DNA of 64,000 nt from Jatrophihabitans sp. (GTDB taxonomy: Bacteria; Actinomycetota; Actinomycetes; Mycobacteriales; Jatrophihabitantaceae): NCBI RefSeq assembly GCF_036389035.1, contig NZ_DASVQQ010000027.1. One strand, written 5' to 3'. Each line of letters opens with the position of its first letter. Position 1 is the stretch's first letter. Below are positions 1 to 9,835 of the stretch, in pieces. A program made the position numbers and the translations under genes. The notes below the pieces were generated by a model. That model was not told where the DNA came from. It saw only the letters and a list, made by a program, of their open reading frames with translations, and ran no database searches.

Positions 1-996
1 GACCTGGAGACCCAGGGCGTGCTGTTCCTCGACACCGACACCGCGCTGCGCGAGCACGAGGACCTGTTCAAGGAGTACTTCGGCACGGTGATCCCGTCCG
101 GTGACAACAAGTTCGCGGCGCTGAACACCGCGGTGTGGTCGGGCGGCTCGTTCATCTACGTCCCCAAGGGCGTGCACGTCGACATCCCGCTGCAGGCCTA
201 CTTCCGGATCAACACCGAGAACATGGGCCAGTTCGAGCGCACCCTGATGATCATCGACGAGGACGCCTACGTGCACTACGTCGAGGGCTGCACCGCGCCG
301 ATCTACTCCTCGGACTCGCTGCACTCGGCGGTCGTGGAGATCATCGTGAAGAAGGGCGGCCGGTGCCGCTACACCACCATCCAGAACTGGTCGAACAACG
401 TCTACAACCTGGTCACCAAGCGCGCCGTCGCCCAGGAGGCCGCGACCATGGAATGGGTCGACGGCAACATCGGCTCGAAGGTGACCATGAAGTACCCGGC
501 GGTCTGGATGACCGGTGAGCACGCCAAGGGCGAGGTGCTCTCGATCGCCTTCGCCGGCGAGGGCCAGCACCAGGACGCCGGCGCGAAGATGGTGCACGCC
601 GCGCCGCACACCTCCTCGACGATCATCTCCAAGTCGGTGGCCCGCGGCGGCGGCCGGACCTCCTACCGCGGCCTGGTCCAGGTCGAGCCCGGCGCCCACC
701 ACAGCAAGTCCACCGTCAAGTGCGACGCCCTGCTGGTCGACACCATCAGCCGGTCCGACACCTACCCCTACGTCGACGTCCGCGAGGACGACGTGTCGAT
801 GGGTCACGAGGCGACCGTCTCCAAGGTCAGCGACGACCAGCTGTTCTACCTGATGAGCCGCGGGCTGTCCGAGGACGAGGCGATGGCGATGATCGTGCGC
901 GGCTTCGTCGAGCCGATCGCCCGCGAGCTGCCGATGGAGTACGCCCTGGAGCTGAACCGGCTGATCGAACTGCAGATGGAAGGAGCGGTCGGCTAA
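1..996 (+). CDS. sufB: Fe-S cluster assembly protein SufB (5'-truncated by window edge)
   Basis: Frame is open from base 1. Typical SufB C-terminal half ([38 protein letters not shown]), first in a suf gene run. Confidence 0.97.
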   Translation, partial: DLETQGVLFLDTDTALREHEDLFKEYFGTVIPSGDNKFAALNTAVWSGGSFIYVPKGVHVDIPLQAYFRINTENMGQFERTLMIIDEDAYVHYVEGCTAPIYSSDSLHSAVVEIIVKKGGRCRYTTIQNWSNNVYNLVTKRAVAQEAATMEWVDGNIGSKVTMKYPAVWMTGEHAKGEVLSIAFAGEGQHQDAGAKMVHAAPHTSSTIISKSVARGGGRTSYRGLVQVEPGAHHSKSTVKCDALLVDTISRSDTYPYVDVREDDVSMGHEATVSKVSDDQLFYLMSRGLSEDEAMAMIVRGFVEPIARELPMEYALELNRLIELQMEGAVG

Positions 997-1073
997 GCAC
1001 CTCCACAGGTTCTCGGGCGGGCCAGGCACATCTGGCCGGCCCGAAGCTGTGGGGGAGCAGTCGGAACGCACAT

Positions 1074-2219
1074 ATGACGACACTCCTCACGCCCACCAGC
1101 GGGTCACCCTCCGAACGCTTCACCTCCCGCGATCCCGATGACTTCGCCGTGCCCAACGGCCGCGAGGAGGAGTGGCGGTTCAGCCCGCTGCGCAAGCTGC
1201 GCCCGCTGTTCCAGCCGTTCACGTCACAGGACTCGTTCCGCTTCGAGACCGAGCTGCCGGCGGGCGTCACCGTCCAGGTGGTCGGCCGCGATCACGAGCT
1301 GGTCGGCACGGCGCTGACCCCCGCCGACCGGGTCAGCGCGCTGGCCGCGGCCAACGTCGGGCAGGTGGTGCTGGTCACCATCCCCGCCGAGACGCGGCTG
1401 TCCGAGCCGGTGACGCTGCGCTCGATCGGCAAGCCCGGCCTCAACTACGGCCACTTCGTCATCGACGCCCGCGCCTACAGCTCGGCCACCGTGGTGATGG
1501 ACCACCTCGGTGAGGCGACCGTGGCCGCCAACGTCGAGGTGCTGGTGGGCGACGGCGCGGACCTCAGCCTGATCAGCGTCCAGGACTGGGACGCCGAGGC
1601 CATCCACGTCGCCGCGCACGCCGCCCGGCTGAGCAGGGACGCCCGCTACACCCACATCGCGGTCAACCTCGGCGGCGCCGTGGTGCGGCTGAACCCGACG
1701 GTGAACTTCGCCGGGCCGGGCGCGGCAGCCGAGCTGTACGGCCTGTCCTTCGCCGGCCAGGGCCAACACCACGAGTCGCGGCTCTACGTCGACCACTCGG
1801 TGCCCCAGTGCAGCTCGCACGTGGTCTACAAGTCGGTGCTTGACGGCGACACCTCGCGCACGGTGTGGATCGGCGACGTCCGGATCAGGCCGGCGGCGGT
1901 GGCCACCACGACCTACGAGCTCAACCGCAACCTGCTGCTGACCGACGGGGCCCGCGCCGACTCGGTGCCCAACCTCGAGATCGAGACCGGTGAGATCGCC
2001 GGCGCCGGCCACGCCAGCGCCACCGGCCGCTTCGATGACCTGCAGCTGTTCTACCTGCAGTCGCGGGGGATTCCCGAGGACGAGGCCCGCCGGCTGGTGG
2101 TGCGCGGCTTCTTCGCCGACGTGATCGACCACATCAAGGTGCCGGCCCTGCACGACCGGCTGATGGCCAGCATCGACGTCCGCCTCGGCGGCACGCCCGC
2201 GGGCTTGGAGGAGAGCTGA
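1074..2219 (+). CDS. sufD: Fe-S cluster assembly protein SufD
   Basis: ATG at 1074. [42 protein letters not shown] motifs; follows sufB. Confidence 0.95.
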   Translation: MTTLLTPTSGSPSERFTSRDPDDFAVPNGREEEWRFSPLRKLRPLFQPFTSQDSFRFETELPAGVTVQVVGRDHELVGTALTPADRVSALAAANVGQVVLVTIPAETRLSEPVTLRSIGKPGLNYGHFVIDARAYSSATVVMDHLGEATVAANVEVLVGDGADLSLISVQDWDAEAIHVAAHAARLSRDARYTHIAVNLGGAVVRLNPTVNFAGPGAAAELYGLSFAGQGQHHESRLYVDHSVPQCSSHVVYKSVLDGDTSRTVWIGDVRIRPAAVATTTYELNRNLLLTDGARADSVPNLEIETGEIAGAGHASATGRFDDLQLFYLQSRGIPEDEARRLVVRGFFADVIDHIKVPALHDRLMASIDVRLGGTPAGLEES

Positions 2220-2527
2220 TGGCGACCAGGCTGTGCGCGCTGGCCGAGCTGAGTCCGGGCGTCCCGCTGCGGGTCGAGCTGGACGACCTGGAGGTCGCGG
2301 TCGTCCGGGTGGGCGATGAGGTGTTCGCCATCGAGGACGTCTGCTCGCACGCCGACTTTCCGCTCTCTGACGGCGAGGTCGAGGACTGCACCCTGGAGTG
2401 CGCGCTGCACAGCTCGCGCTTCGACCTGCGCACCGGCAAGCCGACCGGACCGCCGGCCACCCGGCCGGTGCCGGTCTTCGAGACCACGGTGGTCGACGGC
2501 GACGTCTACGCCGAGCTGGACAAGTGA
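2219..2527 (+). CDS. Rieske 2Fe-2S ferredoxin
   Basis: CxH (CSH) and CxxH (CALH) ligands; start overlaps the sufD stop (TGATG). Confidence 0.93.
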   Translation: MATRLCALAELSPGVPLRVELDDLEVAVVRVGDEVFAIEDVCSHADFPLSDGEVEDCTLECALHSSRFDLRTGKPTGPPATRPVPVFETTVVDGDVYAELDK

Positions 2528-2537
2528 CCCGGCCCGC

Positions 2538-2585
2538 GGCGGCTCCGGCTGCCCAAGCTCCCGTGGCGGCTCCTGCTGCCCGAGC
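2538..2585. repeat. Imperfect 21-bp direct repeat (period 27) between ferredoxin and sufC
   Basis: GGCGGCTCCGGCTGCCCAAGC at 2538 and GGCGGCTCCTGCTGCCCGAGC at 2565. Confidence 0.7.
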
Positions 2586-2611
2586 ACACGTGAAAGAGGA
2601 GAACTGAGAAG

Positions 2612-3367
2612 ATGTCCATGCTTGAGATCCGCGACCTGCACGTCGGCGTGGACGGCACCCCCATCCTCAAGGGCGTCAACCTGACGGTCGAGTCCGGCCA
2701 GACGCACGCCATCATGGGGCCCAACGGCTCCGGCAAGTCCACCCTGGCCTACTCGATCGCCGGCCACCCGAAGTACACGGTCACTTCGGGCCAGGTGCTG
2801 CTCGACGGCCAGGACGTGCTGGCGATGGCCGTCGACGAGCGCGCCCGGGCAGGCCTGTTCCTGGCCATGCAGTACCCGGTCGAGGTCCCCGGGGTGTCGG
2901 TGTCGAACTTCCTGCGCACCGCCGCCACCGCGATCCGTGGCGAGGCCCCCAAGCTGCGTCACTGGGTCAAAGAGGTCAACGCCGCCATGAGCGAGCTGGA
3001 GATGGACAAGGCCTTCGCAGAGCGCAACGTCAACGAGGGCTTCTCCGGCGGTGAGAAGAAGCGCCACGAGATCCTGCAGATGTCGCTGCTCAAGCCCAAG
3101 ATCGCCATCCTGGACGAGACCGACTCCGGCCTGGACGTCGACGCGCTGCGGACGGTCAGCGAGGGCGTCAACCGGGTCCGCGAGACCGGCATCGGCACCC
3201 TGCTGATCACCCACTACACCCGGATCCTGCGCTACATCAAGCCCGATTTCGTGCACGTCTTCTTCGACGGCCGGATCGTGGACTCCGGTGGCGCCGAGCT
3301 TGCCGACGAGCTCGAGGCGCACGGCTACGCCCGCTACGGCGTGAACGAGCCGGCGGCCGTGCAGTAA
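2612..3367 (+). CDS. sufC: Fe-S cluster assembly ATPase SufC
   Basis: Walker A GPNGSGKST, signature FSGGEKKR, Walker B LDETDSGLD; RBS GAGGAG upstream. Confidence 0.97.
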   Translation: MSMLEIRDLHVGVDGTPILKGVNLTVESGQTHAIMGPNGSGKSTLAYSIAGHPKYTVTSGQVLLDGQDVLAMAVDERARAGLFLAMQYPVEVPGVSVSNFLRTAATAIRGEAPKLRHWVKEVNAAMSELEMDKAFAERNVNEGFSGGEKKRHEILQMSLLKPKIAILDETDSGLDVDALRTVSEGVNRVRETGIGTLLITHYTRILRYIKPDFVHVFFDGRIVDSGGAELADELEAHGYARYGVNEPAAVQ

Positions 3368-3449
3368 GTCCCGCGGTTTCACCGGCGCTGGTATCGCCGG
3401 AACCCGGTTCGTTGTTGTTCAGAGTGTGGAAAGAAAGCTCAGTGAGGCG

Positions 3450-4715
3450 GTGCAGGTGACCAGCTCGTTCGATGTCGAGGCGATCCGCAAGGACTTCCCG
3501 ATCCTGTCCCGGCAGGTGCACGGGGTGCCGCTGGTGTACCTGGACTCTGCCAACACCTCCCAGAAGCCGCGGCAGGTCCTGGACGCGCTGGAGGACTACT
3601 ACTCCCAGCACAACGCCAATGTCGCGCGCGCGGTGCACACCCTCGGTTCTGAGGCCACCACGATGTTCGAGGCGGCCCGTGACAAGGTGGCGGCGTTTAT
3701 CAACGCGCCCAGCCGCAACGAGGTGATCTTCACCAAGAACATCTCCGAGTCGCTCAACCTGCTGGCGTACTCGCTGTCCAACGCCAGCACCTTCCCGGGC
3801 GCGGAGAAGTTCCGGATCGGCCCCGGCGACAACATCGTGGTCACCGAGATGGAGCACCACTCGAACCTGGTGCCGTGGCAGTTGCTGGCCCAGCGCACCG
3901 GTGCTGAGTTCCGCTACATCCCGATCGACGAGGACGGCCGGCTGGTCACCTCGGCCATCGAGGAGCGGATCGACGAGCGCACCAAGGTGGTCTCCTTCGT
4001 CCACCAGTCCAACGCTCTGGGCACCGTCAACCCGGTGGCCCGGATCGTGGCCAGGGCCAAGGCGGTCGGCGCGCTGACCATCCTCGACGCCGCCCAGTCC
4101 GTGCCGCACCGGCCGGTGGACGTCCAGCAGCTCGGGGTCGACTTTCTCGGCTTCACCGGCCACAAGCTGTACGGCCCGACCGGGGTCGGCGTGCTGTGGG
4201 GGCGTTACGAGCTGCTTGCCGAGTTGCCGCCGTTCATGGGCGGCGGCGAGATGATCGAGACCGTCGACCTGACCGGCACCACCTACGCCCCGCCGCCGCA
4301 CCGGTTCGAGGCCGGCACCCCGATGATCGCCGAGGCGATCGGGCTGGGCGCGGCCATCGACTACGTCAGCGCGATCGGGATGGACAACATCCAGGCGCAC
4401 GAGGACGAGCTGACCCGCTACGCCCTGCAGGCCTTCGCGGCCGTGCCGGGCCTGAAGGTGATCGGCCCGACCTCACCCGAGGACCGGGGCGCCACCATCG
4501 CGTTCACCGTCAAGGGCATTCACCCCCACGACGTCAGCCAGCTGCTCGACGAGCAGGGCATCGCGGTGCGCGCCGGGCACCACTGCGCCCGCCCGGTCTG
4601 CGTGCGCTACGGCGTCCCGGCCACCACCCGGGCGTCCTTCGGCATCTACACCACCACCGCCGAGATCGACGCGCTGGTGGCCGGCCTGGCCCGAGTGCAG
4701 GAGATGTTCGGATGA
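3450..4715 (+). CDS. sufS: Cysteine desulfurase SufS (start 3450 or 3456)
   Basis: YLDSANTSQKP, PLP lysine in TGHKLYGPTG, catalytic RAGHHCA. Confidence 0.96.
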   Translation: MQVTSSFDVEAIRKDFPILSRQVHGVPLVYLDSANTSQKPRQVLDALEDYYSQHNANVARAVHTLGSEATTMFEAARDKVAAFINAPSRNEVIFTKNISESLNLLAYSLSNASTFPGAEKFRIGPGDNIVVTEMEHHSNLVPWQLLAQRTGAEFRYIPIDEDGRLVTSAIEERIDERTKVVSFVHQSNALGTVNPVARIVARAKAVGALTILDAAQSVPHRPVDVQQLGVDFLGFTGHKLYGPTGVGVLWGRYELLAELPPFMGGGEMIETVDLTGTTYAPPPHRFEAGTPMIAEAIGLGAAIDYVSAIGMDNIQAHEDELTRYALQAFAAVPGLKVIGPTSPEDRGATIAFTVKGIHPHDVSQLLDEQGIAVRAGHHCARPVCVRYGVPATTRASFGIYTTTAEIDALVAGLARVQEMFG

Positions 4716-5176
4716 GCTTGCCGATGGACTCCATGTACCAGCAGATCATTCTCGATCACTACAAGCATCCGCAGAACCGCGGCCAGATCGAGCCGTTCGA
4801 CGCCGAGGTGCATCACGTCAACCCGACCTGCGGTGACGAGGTGACGCTGCGGGTGCGGCTGTCCGACGGCGAGATCGCCGAGCTGGGCTGGGTCGGCGAG
4901 GGCTGCTCGATCAGCCAGGCCTCCACCTCGGTGATGAGCGACCTGGTGGTCGGCAAGCCGGTCTCCAACGCGCTGCACCTGCAGGAGAAGTTCCTGGAGC
5001 TGATGCAGTCCCAGGGGCAGAGTGAGCTGACCGACGACGAGGCCGAAGCGTTGGATGACGCGGTGGCTTTCGAGGGAGTGTCGAAGTACCCGGCGCGGGT
5101 CAAGTGCGCGCTGCTGGGTTGGATGGCGATGAAGTCGGCCGTGGCCGAGGCTTCCTCCGCGAGCGCGCCGGCATGA
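4712..5176 (+). CDS. sufU: SufU-type scaffold/sulfur-transfer protein
   Basis: ILDHYKHP, NPTCGD, GCSISQAS, RVKCALL; ATGA overlap with sufS stop. Confidence 0.95.
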   Translation: MSLPMDSMYQQIILDHYKHPQNRGQIEPFDAEVHHVNPTCGDEVTLRVRLSDGEIAELGWVGEGCSISQASTSVMSDLVVGKPVSNALHLQEKFLELMQSQGQSELTDDEAEALDDAVAFEGVSKYPARVKCALLGWMAMKSAVAEASSASAPA

Positions 5177-5225
5177 CCAGGTGTCAGAATTCAGACCGTC
5201 AGGACCGTACCGAAGGAGCGCACCG

Positions 5226-5570
5226 ATGACCGAAGCCGGCACCATCCCCAAGCCGTCGCATGACGATGTCGAAGAGGCGCTGCGCGACGTGGTGGACCCC
5301 GAACTGGGCATCAACGTCGTCGACCTCGGGCTGATCTACGGCCTGGACATCGCCGATGACGCCACCGTGACCGTCGACATGACGCTCACCTCGGCGGCCT
5401 GCCCGCTGACCGACGTGATCGAGGAGCAGGCCGAGGCCGCGCTGACCGGCGGACCGAAGCCGCTGGCCAGCGCCATGAAGATCAACTGGGTCTGGATGCC
5501 GCCGTGGGGCCCGGACAAGATCACCGACGACGGCCGGGAGCAGCTGCGGGCGCTCGGCTTCAACGTCTAG
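5226..5570 (+). CDS. DUF59/SufT-like metal-sulfur cluster biosynthesis protein
   Basis: VVDPELGINVVDLGL, TLTSAACP, WMPPWGP; last gene of the suf run. Confidence 0.92.
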   Translation: MTEAGTIPKPSHDDVEEALRDVVDPELGINVVDLGLIYGLDIADDATVTVDMTLTSAACPLTDVIEEQAEAALTGGPKPLASAMKINWVWMPPWGPDKITDDGREQLRALGFNV

Positions 5571-5712
5571 GGTCGACAGTAGCGGTCGTCCGGCGAAGAC
5601 GGCTAGCTCCCCTGTGTACTGGACTTATCGGTGAGTTAACGAATAACGATACGGGCCCGGCAATCCAGTCGCTCTTAGTTGTCGGACGCCTGACATGGTG
5701 CTGCCAGCGTCG

Positions 5713-7050
5713 TTAGGCGTGTGGCTTATCTTCTAGCGGTGGTTCGGGAATGTTACGGCTTAAATACCCTAGTAGCCCGAAGAGATCCCATCCAAGAGTA
5801 GCGAGTCGCCGAGCGACCTCGTCGACTGATTCGCGGTATTCAGTAGAGAATCGTGTTGCGAACTGGTCTGCTTGCTTACGCATATCACCGATCGTATCCA
5901 TGGCTGTTTGATCGTATCGGCTTTCTCTATAGCCGAAAAATATGGTCACGACCAATACAAGGACTATCAGCGCTGCAGAGAACCCTGCTGCTACTTGTAA
6001 AAACCCTGCCAGTGCACCCTTCGGAACAATTTCGGAAACCTGACTGACATACATGCTATAAAATGTGTAATGAGCGAATAGCGCATGACTCGTGCCAGCC
6101 GATACTGAAAATTCTTGTGGAGCGGCTTTGAATAAAGCAAGATTAACAAAAGTAAATATGATGAGGGCCTGAACCATCAATCCAATAATTGCTATGAACC
6201 CAAATAGGTAAGATGCAGGGCTTCGGCGATACTCGTCAATACGATACGCCCAAAACTGACTCGCTCGGTACGCGGCAAGGCCTGTGCCGACCTTCATTAG
6301 TGCTTGGTTAGATTGCTCAGGGGTGAGCTTCACTATGTCTGTGCTACGCATAGAGGGATCGACCGAGACGAACTTCCAAAAATTTTTGCTTCCCAAGATT
6401 TTCTTTAGTAGTAGGTTTTGAGATCGAACGAACCGAGCTTGAGTAAAGGCGTATCTCACAGCGCGGTAAAGGTATGCGGTCCAGAGAATGAGTAAGAGTA
6501 CTCCGCAGGTGTAGAGCGGGAACTGCGTATCCGAAACTATAATAATGACGATAGCTATTGCGGCAAGGGTCGTAGCGATTAAGGTGAACTTGAAGCCTCT
6601 AATGAGGGTTACTACGACTTGTAAGGCACCGAGCACCAAAACCCAGCTCCGCCGCTTATAGAAAAAGCGCGGAATCTTCCATGCCACGAAAATTATGGGA
6701 AAGAAAAGCAGATAAAGTGGAATCCAAAAGTATTTACGCTTGAATACTACAGTCACTATGGAGAGTAACCCAAGCAACACAAGAATTCGATAGTCGACAA
6801 GCCAGCGCATGCTGGGTGCTATCGCATCGACAAGCACTCGGTCTACGTCAGCGACAAATAACTTTATAAAGCTAAATACCCAAATTCCCGCACAGAGAAG
6901 GTCGAGAATCCACCAAGCTGTTTTGATTGCCCACCGTGGGGCCGTCTTCTTAGGTTTCTTTTCCGCCGGCTCTTCGCTGCTCGACTGTTGGGTCTGAACC
7001 TTGCCGAGGTCGATCTTCTTCCATAAGTCGAGCCCGGCTTCCTCCGTCAT
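5713..7050 (-). CDS. AT-rich polytopic membrane protein with C-terminal 2TM pore-like module, function unknown
   Basis: Long ORF in a markedly AT-rich block; GGAGGGG RBS before ATG 7050; about 8 hydrophobic segments. Confidence 0.75.
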   Translation of the reverse strand: MTEEAGLDLWKKIDLGKVQTQQSSSEEPAEKKPKKTAPRWAIKTAWWILDLLCAGIWVFSFIKLFVADVDRVLVDAIAPSMRWLVDYRILVLLGLLSIVTVVFKRKYFWIPLYLLFFPIIFVAWKIPRFFYKRRSWVLVLGALQVVVTLIRGFKFTLIATTLAAIAIVIIIVSDTQFPLYTCGVLLLILWTAYLYRAVRYAFTQARFVRSQNLLLKKILGSKNFWKFVSVDPSMRSTDIVKLTPEQSNQALMKVGTGLAAYRASQFWAYRIDEYRRSPASYLFGFIAIIGLMVQALIIFTFVNLALFKAAPQEFSVSAGTSHALFAHYTFYSMYVSQVSEIVPKGALAGFLQVAAGFSAALIVLVLVVTIFFGYRESRYDQTAMDTIGDMRKQADQFATRFSTEYRESVDEVARRLATLGWDLFGLLGYLSRNIPEPPLEDKPHA

Positions 7051-7250
7051 GTCAATGCCCCTCCACAGTCTAGGCAGGACCTTAACCAAGCCAAGAGGAT
7101 CCGTTGGTGCAAAGCGCAGCGTGTCGTGGTTGGGACACGGCAGCTCGTAGCGGAGTCCTTAACTATCCGTTGCTAGCGTGGCAACCCCTGTGCGCTGACT
7201 TGTCGCCCTCAGCCCTTTGCCTGGGACTTCGTGTCATAGGCGCCTACGGC

Positions 7251-8177
7251 TCAGCCGAGGTTGGACGCCTTGAAGGTGTCGCAGCTGCCCGGGTCGCCGG
7301 TGCGGTAACCGGTGCCGAACCACTTCTGCCGCTGCGCCGAGGTGCCGTGGGTGAACTTGCTCTCATCCACCCCGCCGCTGCCCAGGTTGGACTGGATCCA
7401 GTCGTCGCCAATCCGCCCGGCGGTGTCCAGCGCGGCGTCGATGTCTTCCTGGGTGAGGTTCTCGATCAGCGGCCGGCCGTTGGCGCCCGGCACCGTGGTG
7501 GCGTGGTTGGCCCAGGCCCCGGCGTAGCAGTCGGCCTGCAGCTCCAGCCGCACCGCGCCCGAGGTCGGACCGCTCTGGCGGTGGTCCACCCGGTCGGAGG
7601 TGCCCATCAGGTTCTGCACGTGGTGGCCGTACTCGTGGGCGATCACGTAGGCGTTGGGGAACGCCCCGCCGGTCGCGCCGAACTTGGTCCTGAGCTCCTC
7701 GAAGAACGACAGGTCGATGTAGACCTTGCGGTCGGCCGGGCAGTAGAACGGCCCGACGCCTGAGTCGGCCGCGCCGCAGCCGGTGTTGACGCCGCCGTTG
7801 AAGAACACCGTGGGGGACTTGCTGTACCGGACGCCCTCGCGGGGCAGCGCGGTCGCCCAGAACGACTGCACCGAGTCGATGTCGGCCACGATCGCGCAGT
7901 CCGCGCGCTCATTGGCGTCGGCGCCGGTGCGGCATTCTGTGCTGAGCTCGCTGTTGTCGATCGAGGTGGGGTTCGAGCCCTGGCCGAGGCCGCTCAGCCC
8001 GCCGAGGCCGCCGCCGCCATCGCCACCGCCGCCGAGGACGTTGAACAGCACCACCGCGATCAGGCCGACCAGCCCCAGCCCGCCGCCACCGACGGCCAGG
8101 CCACCGCGGCCCATCCCGCCGCCACGGGCATCCTGCACTCCCGAGGTGTCCAGCTGAGCGTCGTCGTTGAACTGCAT
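7251..8177 (-). CDS. Neutral zinc metallopeptidase (YpfJ-like)
   Basis: HEYGHHVQ zinc motif, ELQADCYAG, GPFYCPAD, THGTSAQR; N-terminal TM segment. Confidence 0.9.
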   Translation of the reverse strand: MQFNDDAQLDTSGVQDARGGGMGRGGLAVGGGGLGLVGLIAVVLFNVLGGGGDGGGGLGGLSGLGQGSNPTSIDNSELSTECRTGADANERADCAIVADIDSVQSFWATALPREGVRYSKSPTVFFNGGVNTGCGAADSGVGPFYCPADRKVYIDLSFFEELRTKFGATGGAFPNAYVIAHEYGHHVQNLMGTSDRVDHRQSGPTSGAVRLELQADCYAGAWANHATTVPGANGRPLIENLTQEDIDAALDTAGRIGDDWIQSNLGSGGVDESKFTHGTSAQRQKWFGTGYRTGDPGSCDTFKASNLG

Positions 8178-8363
8178 CGTCACCATCCCCGCACGAGCGG
8201 TCCCCGCTGCTGGAGCCGCCTGGCATCGCCCTGAACGGTACCGGTGCGATCCAGTCACGGACCGGACCTACCGAATAACCCTATTTTGGGTTGGTCTGCT
8301 GTTAGCCTGCTCGGCGTCAGTGACGATCCAGTCGGGGGGCTGCAATGAGGGTGGCTGGGTTTC

Positions 8364-9746
8364 GTGCAGCCTGACGCGGAAACGCCCGACCCCAGTTTCC
8401 GGGGCGCCTTGCGGGTGCGGGAGTACCGGCTGCTGTGGCTGGCGGCGGCGCAGTCCAGCACCGGTGATCAGCTGGCCCGGATCGCCATCGTGCTGCTCGT
8501 CTACGCGCGCTCCGGCTCGGCAGTGATCAGCGCGACCACCTACGCGCTGACGTTCCTGCCGTCGCTGCTGGGGGGAGTCTTCCTGTCCGGGCTGGCTGAT
8601 CGGTATCCGCGGCGGACGGTGATGGTGACGTGTGACCTGATCCGGTTGCTGCTGCTCCTGGTGCTGGCATCGGCCAACCTGAGCACGCTGGTCATCGATG
8701 TGGTCCTCGTCCTTCTCGTGCTGGCGGGAGCGCCGTTCTCGGCGGCGTCGGTGGCGGTGCTGCCCGAAGTGCTGCCTCCCAAGCATTACGTCGCGGGCGT
8801 CTCGCTGAATGTGGTCACCGGGCAGTTGGCGCAGCTCGTTGCCTTCGGCGCCGGCGGGCTGTGCGTCGCCTTCCTCGGAGTGCGGACGACGCTGCTAATC
8901 GATGCCGTCACCTTCGGTGTCTCGGCCGCTCTCATTCGTTACGGCATGGCCAACCGGGCCGCGCCGGACGCCTCGGCGGCCGGCGACGAAACCGTGGGTA
9001 AGTCCTACCTCGGCAGGCTCAGGGGCGGCCTGCGGGTGATCTATCGTGACCCGCTGCTGCGCTACCTGGTGCTCTTCGCGTGGATGCCGGTGTTCTACAT
9101 CGCACCGGAGGCGATCGCCCCCGCTTACGCACGCTCGCTCGGCGGCGGCGCCACCGCGACCGGGCTGATGATGGCGGCGATGCCGGCCGGCACCGCGATC
9201 GGGGCCTGGGCGTTCGGACGGCGCGGTTCGGATGCGGCTCGAGCCCGGGCGGTGCCCTACCTGGCTGCCGCTGCCAGCGCGATGCTGATCGTCAGCTGGA
9301 TGTCGCCGACGCTGCCGCTGTCGTTCGCGCTATGGCTGCTGTGCGGGGTGTTCAGCGCGTATCAGGTCTCGGTCGTGACTCGCTTCGTCCGCCGCACGCC
9401 CCTTCACCTGCGTGGTCAAGCGGTCGGGCTGGCCAGCGCCGGCCTGATCGCGATCCAGGGCGTCGGTTCGGTGGCCGCGGGAGTGCTGGCGACACTCTGG
9501 TCGCCGTCCGCCGCTGTCGGTATCGCAGGCATCGCCGGCGTGCTGTGTGTCGCGGCACTTCTGGCGCCGCTGCGCCGGGCCGAAAGGCTTGTTGCCCAGG
9601 AACAGCCCGACCAGGGCAACCCAGGCCAGGGCCACCCGGGCCAGGGCCACCCGGGTCAGGGCCACCCGGGCCAGGGCCAGCCCGCCCAGGGCCACCCGGG
9701 CCAGGGCCAGCCAGGCCCGATCGCGGCACAGGAGGCGACCGGCTGA
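8364..9746 (+). CDS. MFS transporter (DHA3/H+ antiporter-like) with C-terminal (QGHPG)n tail
   Basis: About 12 hydrophobic segments; motif A-like GLADRYPRR. Confidence 0.88.
   Translation: MQPDAETPDPSFRGALRVREYRLLWLAAAQSSTGDQLARIAIVLLVYARSGSAVISATTYALTFLPSLLGGVFLSGLADRYPRRTVMVTCDLIRLLLLLVLASANLSTLVIDVVLVLLVLAGAPFSAASVAVLPEVLPPKHYVAGVSLNVVTGQLAQLVAFGAGGLCVAFLGVRTTLLIDAVTFGVSAALIRYGMANRAAPDASAAGDETVGKSYLGRLRGGLRVIYRDPLLRYLVLFAWMPVFYIAPEAIAPAYARSLGGGATATGLMMAAMPAGTAIGAWAFGRRGSDAARARAVPYLAAAASAMLIVSWMSPTLPLSFALWLLCGVFSAYQVSVVTRFVRRTPLHLRGQAVGLASAGLIAIQGVGSVAAGVLATLWSPSAAVGIAGIAGVLCVAALLAPLRRAERLVAQEQPDQGNPGQGHPGQGHPGQGHPGQGQPAQGHPGQGQPGPIAAQEATG
9611..9715 (+). repeat. 15-bp tandem repeat x7 encoding QG(H/N/Q)P(G/A)
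   Basis: CCAGGGCCACCCGGG-type units start at 9611, 9626, 9641, 9656, 9671, 9686 and 9701. Confidence 0.95.
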
Positions 9747-9835
9747 TGCGGTAATCTGGGTGGTGTGAGCACCGTTCCGCGCTGAGCCCGGCCTGTTCAT
9801 CTGCCCATCAGCCATGTACCGGAAAGTGCCTTCAC

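Noticed and set aside
5640-5700. 23-codon mini-ORF downstream of the AT-rich gene
   Set aside because: No RBS or coupling and no recognisable content.
5571-7250. IS or prophage boundaries around the AT-rich gene
   Set aside because: No transposase, integrase, terminal inverted repeats or target-site duplication was found by eye, so it is not called a mobile element.
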